A stretch of DNA of 64,000 bases from the IMG/VR virus record IMGVR_UViG_3300005077_000001, positions 96,001 through 160,000 of that record, one strand, 5' to 3'. Below are positions 12,001 through 24,000 of this stretch, in pieces; positions within the stretch are counted from its first letter, which is position 1; every line of letters begins with the position of its first letter. The notes below the pieces were generated by a model that was not told the origin of the DNA, made no database searches, and saw only the letters and a program-made list of their open reading frames with translations. The position numbers were made by a program, and so were the translations under genes. The DNA comes from a virus (lineage: Duplodnaviria > Caudoviricetes).

Positions 12001-15000
12001 TATATATCATGAGCAACAGCAGAATTTAGATTTTGATGGTGATATGATAGCTCTTCATGCTGCTACATTAAAGAATACTAATGATGAGTTGGAGAAAATT
12101 AATATAGAACAAACTCTCAGAACTGGGGATACAAGGAGATTCCTATATGAAGACTTCAGCAAAGTAATGGCAGAGAAATGGTCGCTAGGTAAAAAAGGAG
12201 ATAAACCGTCTGATGAGGAGTTAGCTGTATTTAAGAATTTTGCTCCGTCTTTATCCTCCCAATGGAATTCTATGGACGTAACTCAGCAATTTACCGATAA
12301 AGCTAAAAAGGACTTATTAAAATTTCATGGTACGGATGCTCCTACTGTGGCAGAAGATGCTTTGAAACACTTTGTTCATAAGATTGATATGGGCCAAGTT
12401 TACGAACAATTTAATAGGATTGGTTTATCTTATCGTGGATTAAGTGCAGAGGAAGCTGGACTTACTCCTAAAATGAGTGAAAATTATAATCTCCTATTAG
12501 CGGAATTTTTACGCTATGTAGTACAAAAGGCTATTGGAGGTAAACATGGATCAGAAGGAGCAGATTTAGCTCCTATGGTTCAAAAAGCGTTTTTCACAGG
12601 GAATTTGGATTTTCTGGCCGGTAAAGGAAAGAATGCTCTATTTGGAGAACAAGAAGAAGCCCTTACAAAGTATAGAATGAAGTATTTGAAACCGTTGTCA
12701 CTTGCTGAATTACAAAAAGAAGCAGAATCTTATGGTATTGATCCAGGAGTAAAAAATAGAGAGCAATTAATAAAAGAGATTGTTAAAAAAACATCTTTTA
12801 GATCTATGTTTGAGAACGTATTTGATACTATCAAAAGACTTACTTTAGCAAATATACGAGAATTATATGAAAAAGGAGCTATTGGAGACATATCATTATC
12901 TAAAAAAGGTAGATTAGGGACAGCAAAGTATCTGAGTGGCCAGTATAATAAATCTATAGATGAGCTATATGATACTTTGAAAGTTTCGTTTAAAGATGGT
13001 AACTTAAATATTACAATGGGTAATAAAGATATTACCCAAGATGTTATAAACCGTGTATCAAAGGATATTGGGGTAGAGTTATCACCAAAAGAGGCTGCTT
13101 TCAGATTAGCTGCTCATGGGGAAGGGTTATACAGCGCAATTGTAGGAGAACCTGGGAAAACGCAAAAACGTATATTAGATTACGGTCCTTCAACTTCCCA
13201 ACTATCAAAAGGATTACAGCCACTTTATGTTTTGAAAAGTTCTGGTGGTGCAGACTTAGCCACAAATAGATATCTAAAATATAAACCAGGGTTTACATCT
13301 GAATATATGCCTGGAGGTCCAGAAGCTGGATATGCTGAAATAGTAGATTCTATTTTAAGAAACAGAATGGGAGCAAATATCCCAATCGACGATGCGTTGG
13401 GTACTTTCAGCAAAATAGGAGGCTCCAAAAACTTTGTAAGTCCAGTTATTAAGATATATGATGAATTTAAAGATACCTATGATAAATTAATGTCAGTAAT
13501 GACAGATGATATCTATAAAATTGAAGGGTTAACAAAACAAACTAAATCTTTTAATAGAGAAATGGATGGATTTGCAGGTAATATGGCAAAAGCGGGGGTT
13601 AAAGCATTTTATAATAAAGAAGAGAACCAATTGTATTTATCTAGTCAAATTAAATCTGATTTTGATGAATCTCTCAATAAATATGCATTAGGTAAAACAG
13701 ATAAAGAAAAAGCCGAAGCCAGGGAATCATTAAGTAAGGCTGCACAAGAAATAAAAGAAGTTCTATCTTATGCTGCAGCACATAAATACATACAAGCAAG
13801 TAATTCAGATTTAGCTAATAGTATACGTGCTAACATAACTAAATATGCTGATCCAAAATCTAATCAATCACTGAAAGTGGATACTCTTATTGAACGATTG
13901 GTTTCTTTACATCAATATACTCCTATTATTGTTAAATGGTTAGAATTAATTGGTAAACCAGAATTAGTATCTCAACCAAAAATAACTATAGCTAGAGAAT
14001 TATCTAAGCATCCACAAATAAGAAAAGAAGCTTTAGAAGAAGAAGTAGCTTCCCTGTTAAGTGGAAGTGGAGGTTTTTCCACCGGTATATATCCGTTATT
14101 TAAATACAGAAAGAAGATAAACCCATTCAACGAGCTGCTATTTGGTTTAGCTAGTAAGCAGCCTGTTCAAATGCAAGCATTTTACCCATTGACCTCAGAA
14201 TCTTGGTCAAATAAAATGTCTGATATGCAATACAATCTTAATTCTGGAGAATGGTATGATATTTTTAAGGGTCACCCTTCTTTACGTGATATAGAATTAC
14301 CTTCTGGTATGACTTCTTACAAAGATGTGTTTTCTTTTTTACGGTCAATGAAAAAATACGGGGGATCAAAAGGAGCAACTCATTATTTAAATAGCATCAT
14401 AAAAGATCGTAACAGATCTTTATTAGAGAATATGGGAATTGGCATACCTGAAGATTGGGATAAAATGAGGCTATGGGCAACAGAACCTTTGGTACAAGGT
14501 GGAATAAGCGAGGCAGCTACTACTACTAGCTGGCCTTTTTTACCATACCCTAGTAATATAAAATTACCCATAGATACTCCCACTGGAAGAGCACGTCGCA
14601 GTATTGAATCCATATATAGTAAAGCATTTGATTTATCTAGAAAAGATTGGACAAATGTATTCAAAGATTTTGATAAACCACTAGCAGATGAAATTCAATC
14701 TTTACCAAAGGATACAAATGTGATAGAACATTTACAAGATACAGGGATGTATGGGCAAAATAAAGGATACACCAGATATATAAATATGATTTTCAAACGA
14801 AGAATGGAGCAGTTACTAAAATCATTAGGCGAAGAGGTTCCTGAATTTTATGACATGCGTTTTCAAAAAGCAAAACAAGAATTTTTAAAAGTATTGGAAA
14901 ATAGAGCAAAACAAGGGAAAGGTTTTGGTTGGTTATGGGGCCCATCCACTGGAGGAACTTGGGGCGGTGATAAGTTTGGCCCTGAAGAAGCATATGGGGA

Positions 15001-18000
15001 TAATCCTCCAGCAAACATAATTAAACGTTGGCAAATGCAGTCTTTTTCTCCTGCCGATTATCCTCACATTAAACCGATATTTGATTATCCTAAATTTTTA
15101 GAGACTGATGCTGCTCTTCAATATAAGAGTCATGGACATCAGATTAAGCTTAGTGCAGTTCCATTAAGATGGGGTAATATTGAGATTGGATATGGAACTA
15201 AAAATAAACCCTTAGACCCAGATAAAGCAAATGCCATTTATAAACCTTTCATTGAACAAGTTAATGAAGAATTAGTTCCTAAGCTAAAAGATAAGGTGAA
15301 AGAAATTCATCATAGGATTGATTTATTTGGAGAATGGGGCGGTAAAAAAGATAAGCTTTTGTGGTTTGATGCAAAAATTGGAAATAAACCATTATCAGTT
15401 GATCAATTTAAAGAACTAGCTTCAAGTCTTGGTTTAAAAACTCCTGATGAATTATACCGTGGGAAAGTAACTAAGCAAATAGTAGAAGATGTATTCAGAG
15501 AAAAACCTCCATTCACAGAGTTAGAGGAAGGTGTAGTTGCTAAGGCATTAGAACGTAAAAAAGGTGATTGGTATGACATGGCAAAGTTTAAAACTAAACC
15601 ATATCTAGTGAATGAAGAAAACAGATATCCTTGGTTTGATGAGAAGTCAGCTGGTGAAAATATTGAAAGAAAAATGAAGAAAGTTTTAGATTACCAGTTA
15701 AAAGCTTTTTCCCCATTAAGAAAACCCAAGGGGACTCAATTAGAAGAGGGTATGTATCCTGAGGAATGGCCCACAATTGAAGTATCCAAAAAGAGAGCAG
15801 AACAGTATTTAAAAGGGTTAGATGATAAGTTTTATCGGCCGGCTGAAGAAGCCAGTATGTATAAAAAGGGTACTGAATTTTTAGTAAAAGCGGCTGGTTT
15901 ATCTGATATACCTTCCGTTGTAAAAGATGCTGTTGTTTTATCTCAAGAAGAATTAAAGAATAGTATCTTTGGTAAAGATATGCCAAAATTACCATATGAC
16001 CCTGTGTTGGTATTGAATACAAGAAAACAAAAACCATTATATCCTGAAGCAGTACCTATTTCTAAAGAAGCAGGTTTTATGTTTCCAGAGACTTCAGAAC
16101 CTGGACAAGTAGGTAGATTCGTGCTCCATAAGCATGACGCATTAAGGGCAGGACCTCATCATGATTTAAGATTTGAAGTAGGAGGTCAATTACAATCTTT
16201 TGCTATACCACAACTAGTTCCAACTGATAAAGGCAAAATAAGATTAGCAATTGGTCCAACTGCTCACCATTCATTAGATTACTATGAAAAAGGAGATTAC
16301 GAAATTCCAAAAGGTTTTTATGGTGCTGGACGTATGCGTACAATGGATGTTGGTACAGCTGTATTAGAAAGCTTTAAACCAGATCATATTACTGTAAAAT
16401 TAACCGGGGTAAGAGGTTTAGCTGATGGTACATATTCACTAGTAAAATTTGATCCGAAAGGAGAGAAACCTAAACAACAGCAATGGTTATTTCAAAAAAT
16501 AAGAGATATAGAAGAGAGGGACCCTGTTAGATTTGCAGAAATATATACTGATAAAGTAGAAAAAGAACAGGATAAAACTTTAAATAAATTAGGGGATAAA
16601 TACAGAGACTTTCTTTCTCCTTTGACAAAATATGAAGAAAAAACATATTCTAATTATCCCACACTAGAGTTAGATTCTTATTTCAATGCTCCTGGACAAA
16701 TGAGGGGAAGGTATTCAAAAGGGAAAATACGAACAGGAAAACCTAGAAATATGGAAGAAATGAGGGCTCTCTTAGCTACTTATGACCACGAGGTTGGTCA
16801 TGCAGCTATAGAGAAATCCTATCCTGATATCGCTGAAAATATCATGTCTGGAAAAGCTGTATTTCCTGGTGTTCATATGGATAAGATTAGAGGCTATTTT
16901 GCAGCTAAATATGGGGGCGATAGAGGAGAAGGAGAAGATCCAGCAATTAAAGCTCTAGAAGAAGCAATTGCAGGTACCAGAGAAGAAGATCAAGATATTT
17001 TAAATGAACTTAGCAAATTACGGGATGAATCTTTTGGTAAAGCTGGAATGGTACCAATAGATCCTAATGCCCTCCAAGAACTAAAATATATCAGACGTTC
17101 TTTTAGTCCCACACAAAAACAAGATTTTGCTATTACAGTAGATTTAAATGATGATAAAGGAGCCCTCTCCTCTTTGAGTTCTTCCTTACAATCATTGGTC
17201 AGGCGATCAATATCAAAAGCTTATGGGCCATATGAGTTGCATGTAGATGCAGCATCTAGAGGTAATCCTGGGCCAGCGGGAGCTGGTGGTATAATAACAA
17301 GTCCTCGCGGAGGGGTTGTAACATCTTTTAGTAAACCAATCGGTGATATGACTAACAGCATGGCTGAGTATGTAGGATTAATTTTAGGATTACAAGAAGC
17401 GTATCAAAAAGGTATTCGTAGTTTAGAAGTTATTTCTGATTCTCAATCAATGGTTAATCAACTTCTAGGTACATATAAAACTAGAAGTCAAAATATTATT
17501 CCATTAAAAGCTAGGGTAGATCAAATTTCAAGTAAGTTTGGTAATGTGGATTTCCAATGGAAACCAAGAACCTTTCTTTCGGATGCAGATAAATTAGCTA
17601 ATGAGACTTTGGATTCTGCTCACAACAAAATTAATCCTGATGATGCAGTAAAGAGAGTAAAGAATTTAATAGATACTAAACAAATAAAGACTAATGATAC
17701 TCTTTTTAAAACTGCTTATTCAAAAGATAAGTACATGGATTACTTATCAAAAGGTTTTGCTGTGGGTATGCTAGCTAATGATGATATATATATGCCTTCA
17801 GGTATAGTAGAAAAGTTTAAAAAAGATTATTCTAAAAACACTCCTGATTTACAATCAGTATCAGAAGCTATACTTCGTACCTATTCTCATGAACGAACTC
17901 ATAAAGATATAAACACTGCTCCTTCTAATATCTACCGTAAATACAAATCTTTAGCAATTGACCCTCGATATTCAAATGCAATTGAATCCTTCATACATGA

Positions 18001-21000
18001 GGTAATACAAGGACCATCTAAGGATATATACTTAAGACAATTTGAAAGGGCTCAGATAAAATCTGGAGAACGACCTGGAGATTACGTATCTTCACCCGCT
18101 GCACGATGGGAAGCATTACAGGAATTAATTGCAGGACATCCTGAAATGAAATCTGCATCTGCTTATAATAAGGATATATCTTTAATAAGGTCTTCCTTTT
18201 ATAGAGATTTGAGTAGAGAAAGCATACAGCATTATGCTCCTGGGCGTAAAGCAAAAGAAAAACCTGATTTCAAATCAAAAGATTATATTAAAATGGTGGG
18301 AGCTAGTGCTGGTGGTTATGAAGTTGGTAATATTCTGTCTAGTATGCTCTCTCTAGATGATATCAAAAACTTATATAGCTTAATGAATGAGCTTACTGGG
18401 TTGGACCCTCTTAGAGTGAAAGGATCAGATCCTGAAAAATCTAAGAGCTTAAGAGACAAAATAGAAAAATTAAGAAGTATGACTGGTTCTAGAGGAGCAA
18501 TGCCTGGTGAAGAACAAGCTGCAAAAGAACGAATAAGGGTATTAGAAGAAAGACTTAAGGAACTTGGTGGTAATGAAAATAGATTGGAAACCCTGCATGG
18601 AATTACGTCTACTGCATTGCCTTTTGCTGGGGCTGCGATTGGAGCTGGCGTACAATATGCTACTACTGGGCTATTTTCAGAAAAAGGCATACCAAGGTCT
18701 TCCTGGGCTAATTTGGCAGCGGCTGGTGTTGGAAGTGTAGTTGGAGCTGGTGGTTTACCTTTATTGTTAAATAAACTTCCATGGGCTGTTCCACATCTAC
18801 CGTGGCACCTTATAGGAGCTGGGGCTGGAGCTTTAGGAGGGTATGGGCTATTACAACTTTATAGAAAATTATCTAATAAGCCAACTAAGCAGTCTTATGT
18901 ACCAACAAGTATAGGTACACCTATTGAAGGTAAACTAGGTTGGTCTACCGATAGTGGGTTTTTCAAAGTAGGAGCAGAAGGTTCAATAGGGTTACCTCCT
19001 CTTTTAGGAATGTCAGGGGATGAATATTTAGAGAAAGATATAAATACATTATTCAATCCAGAGGTTAGACAATCCCGTTTTGTTGGATTACCTCAAAGAC
19101 TAGTGGATCGTATAGATCCAAGAATTTCTGGATTACTGAGGTCTAGCTTGTCTTCAGATCAACTATTTAATATAGGAGCGAATGTAGGTGTTGGTCCAAT
19201 TAGTTTAGGATTTGAGTCAAATTTAGGATCTTATAATTTAGGTTCCTTACCTTATGAGTCTCGGCTTAAGCCACGTATTTCTTTACGAGAAAAAAACTTA
19301 GATGAATTTTCTACAGATTATTTAAATAGAAAACCAGGAATACATCCTCATTATAAGCAGGGTATTTCTTCTGCCTTGGAAATGATGTCTCCAATGGGTA
19401 GTTCTGATTTTCTTGATATTATACTATCTGGTACGGATATGCTAGATGATCTTCTATTACGCATGCCAAAATTAAAAGGACCCAAAGTTAAGCAGACGAA
19501 TAGAATATTTAATTTGACAAGAGATATAACTCCTGAAACTCCTATCAAAGAGCAAGCTCTATCTTTAAAAGAAGTACATGATCAATTAAGAAAAGGGTGG
19601 GTAGCAATAAAAGAAGGAATCGACCAATTTCCTGGTTCAACTTTAACTACTCCTAGCTTTTCTGTTTCTTCTATAAAAGATTTCTTTTCTAACCAATGGA
19701 AAGGTTTAAAAAATGCTATAAACACATTTTCTTCTTTTACTCCTACTAAGAATTTAAGGAATGAAATAAATAGTTTAAGATCTGGTCCTATAGATAATAC
19801 TATATTACAAAAAATAATAGGATTAGAAGAAGAGGTTATAGGTCGTAGAATTGGGATTTTAAAATCTATATCTTCATACAATCCTCGTCGTAGGGCTGAA
19901 TTAGAAAATATTTTTAAGTATGCTAATACTTTTAAACCAGGTTATCAATTTGATGTACAAGGTCCGGGTGGATGGGAAAAAATATTCTTTGAAGAATATC
20001 TTAAACGTGGTGGAAAAGAAACTAGTGAAGTCCATGTTGCTGCGAGAGAATTAAATAAAATGGGAATAAATAATTCTCAACAGCTAAGGGCGTTACAAAA
20101 CATAGTAGGTCCTGGAAAAGCATATGAAACAATTGAGAGTGTTACTCCTATTCCGGTAGGCCAAAGAGTTGCTAATGATGCATTTTCCTTAATAAAAACT
20201 GTTCCTAGTTCTATCAAAAATGCTGGTACATTTATGATTGATGCCTTTAAAGATATAGGAAGCTTTATTTCTACTTTTGTTAAAGGTAAAGATGCATCAG
20301 GCCAAGTATTTAATAGGTCAGCCTATTTTAGTAATGTAATTTCTGAATTACAAGATACTCCTGAAAGATATAGCACAATAACTGGAACTTTATTAAAGAA
20401 TCCAAAAGCCGATACAGTATATTCGCCAAAGATAATGGGACATTTAGTTGAATTAGCCAAATCATCAGTCTATAGGCCGTTAAATGCTCTAGGTATGGGA
20501 CTTGGAAAATTTATTGAACTAGATTTGGATAATAACATCGAGCCTGGAGTTAAAGGTCTATGGAAAAACTATATTACAAATCAATCTGGTGCGGATATTA
20601 AATCAGGATTAAATAGGCTATTCGGTTGGAAAGGCGGAGTAGTAAACACTACTACTGAAAATCTAAGAAATATAAAAGATTCTACTATTGGAGCAGCAAA
20701 GGTTTTTAGTAAAGAATATGGTCCTTCAAGAACTTGGGATTTATTAAAGAGCTTTTATACGGTTCCAGCTTATGGTGTTGGGGAGGCTATGCAAGGTGTT
20801 GGAGGAGCAATAAAAAGCGGTAATATACTAGATATTGCTAAGACTGTTGGATATACTGGTTTTCAAGCATTACCGTTCTTGGGGCATGTAGTATCTGGAG
20901 GATTTGAATTAAGAGACCAATTGCGACAAGGCCATAGATTAATTCCTTCTATAATTGGTACAAGTGCGAAAGAGTCAATTACTTATGGTACTACCGGCCT

Positions 21001-24000
21001 TGGTATGACCGCTGGAGAAGCTGTGATGAGGGCGCTATCTAATAGTATGGGCCCACGTGGTAAAGCGTTGATGTCTGTAGTAGGCTTGATTGGAGGGGGC
21101 ATTGCAGGAGGAGCATTCGGTGGTCGTATTGGGGGGATAGCTGAGAATTTGGTATTCAAACTTTTTGGTGAAAAACCTGATGACCACCAAAAAATACAAT
21201 CTTGGAAAGATCGTAAGAAGCAACTAGAAGATGAAAAGAATTCTTTAGTAGCAGTTACTCCAGATCGAAGCTATGCTCCAGTTTCTTCATTAGAAAGACC
21301 TTGGATAACTCCAGCAGAAATAAGAGGGTCTATTGCTCCCAATTTAGTAGGAAAACCACTAGATGCTTACATTAAATCTTTTAAGCAACTACAAGCAGAA
21401 GCATCAGAAAATATCCGAACTTCAGACGTTAATAAGTCTCAAAAGGCTTTAATAAAAACTACCTCAGATTTTTATTTAAACCGAGTGATAGAATCAAGAA
21501 ATGAACTAGAAGCCGCTGAAAATAACCAGTCTCCTAAATACGTTGTAGATCAGATTAAAAAGCAGATAGATGAATACATGATTAAATACGTATCTAATGT
21601 TATTAGTGCTTCTATGACTGGGGAAATCCACCCACTATCTGACCCATATAGGGTTAAAAAAACTGGAGGATTTGTTGGCGTAGATGATGCAAAAGCTGTG
21701 GCTTTAGGTAGGTCTCCTTCATTTGAAAAAGTTGTTAACCCGGAAAATTTCTATGTATCCGGTATGAGCAATTTATCTAAAAACATTATAGGTTCTATGA
21801 GAGATTTATCAGTATCCAACATTAGTCCTAACTCTGTATACAAAGAATTGATTAATACATTATTTACTACTTCTACAGATATCCCTAAAGATCTTTCAAA
21901 TATACATGCCTATTTAAAGATGTATACCTCTGAATTAGGGAAGAACCCTAACATTGATGTAAACAGATTGAGATATTGGAAGTCCTTAGAGGAATTATTT
22001 AGAACACCAGCAAAATCTATTAGACAGTATGGTAGATTTGATTTTCAAGGATTTGGGAGTATTGAATCTAATGCTCCAGTTGAAGAATTATCTCCTACTC
22101 AAAATCGTGGATCTAAATTTTGGAGAGGAATGTCTATATTTGGGGGTGCTTTGGTTGGGGCTAATGCTCTTGGGATGAATCCATTTGTGGCTCCTGTAGG
22201 AATGGTAGCGGGCGGTATATTTGGAAATTACCTATACAATAGACATCTTGCTAAAAAACAAAAACAAGAAGAAGAAGTAGTGGATGTTCAATCTAATGCT
22301 CCAGTTTCTGATACGAGATCTTATTTGAAATTAATATTAGGAGAATTAGCAGGAGCTAGTATAGGTGGCGTTCTAGCTGCTTTAGCTTCTGGAGGTAATC
22401 CTTTATTTACCAGTTTAGGTGCTGGAGTAGGTTTGTACGCTGGTAATAAGCTTACCAAGAAATATGTAATTCCACAAGAAATGGATATTCAATCAGCGGC
22501 TCCTATAAATATGGGCGGATTGCCTATCGATATGCAGTTTAAGCAAAATCAATTAATGCTTGATTACTACAAAAAAATGATAGCATCTAGTTCTTCTATT
22601 AAAGAAGGTACTATAATACCTATTGATCTAAAAGTTAAAGATGAGGCAGGTCAAGTACTTAGTAATATACGAGCAGATTTAAAGAAAACCTCAAATAGCG
22701 CAGAGGGGGTTATTACTACTTTTACAGATTTAAATAAAGTATTAGCTCAGAAAAATACGCTATGGGGTGCAATAGAACTAACTAGCCAATATGTTGCTGC
22801 TGGTGCTGGAGTAGGAGCAGTAATTAAAGAGTTTACAAATATGATTTCTACTATCACCAGTGTAGACGCAGCAATGTATGGTTTAGCACGCCTAATGGAC
22901 CCTGCAATATCAAATTTTGATAAATTAAGATCAGTTGCATTTGAAATGTCTAAACAATATGGAACTAGTATTGTTGAAGTCATTGAATCTATGAAAGTAT
23001 ATGGTCAGCAAGGTCTAAAGCAAGCTGAAATTATTGATATGACACGAGCTTCTATAATGATGGCAAATGTATCAGAAATGAAAGCTACAGAAGTAACTGA
23101 ATTGATGACTTCTGCCACTAAACAATTTGGAGATCAAGTAAGATCTACTATGGCATTTGTTGATGCATGGGTTAAAGTTGACACTGAGCATGCTATTACT
23201 TCACAACAATTAGGACAAGCATTATTACGAGTTGGTGCGGCGGCTAAAACTGCTGGTATGTCTTTTCATGAATTAAACGGTGTTGTTACTGCTATCGGAT
23301 CTGTAACTAGACAAACAGGTAGAGAGATAGGTACTTCGTTAAGATTCATTTTACGTAATATAGAAACTTCTGCAGTTAAAAATAAATTAAGAGATCTATT
23401 TCAAATTGATACCCTGTTGCCAAGTGGTGCTATAAAACCCGCATTTGCTCTGTTAGGGGAATTACAACAAAAATGGGGCACTATAACAAACGCTGAACAA
23501 ATGAATCTTGCTCAAATGATTGCTGGTGCAAGACACTACAATGCTTTTACTGTTTTAATGAATAATTTTCAAGAAGCTTTAGAAGCTACATCAGATTCTT
23601 TAAATTCAAAAGGTGATGCAGAAAAAAGAAATTACATTTTAATGCAAAGCTTAGAGAAAAAAATGCAGCAACTTCGTGGAGCAGCTAGTGAATTATATAC
23701 TGAATTCGGTAAATTAGCATTAGGACCAATGAAGTTCATGGCTGATTCAACAAAAGCTTTGATTGAGGGTTTTACTAGTTTACCTGATTCAATAAAAACA
23801 TCAGTTATGGCAATAGGTGCATTCACTGTTTATGCATCAAAAATAGAGAGAATTACTAGTATACTTGGAGGTATTGGTGAGGCAAGTGGTCTTTCTGGTA
23901 TTGTGAATACTTTTGGCCAATTCTCTATCAGTCCTATTTCTAGCATAATATATTCTTTTGATTCATTAAAAGGTGTTAATTCCTTAAGCCAAGTTAATAC

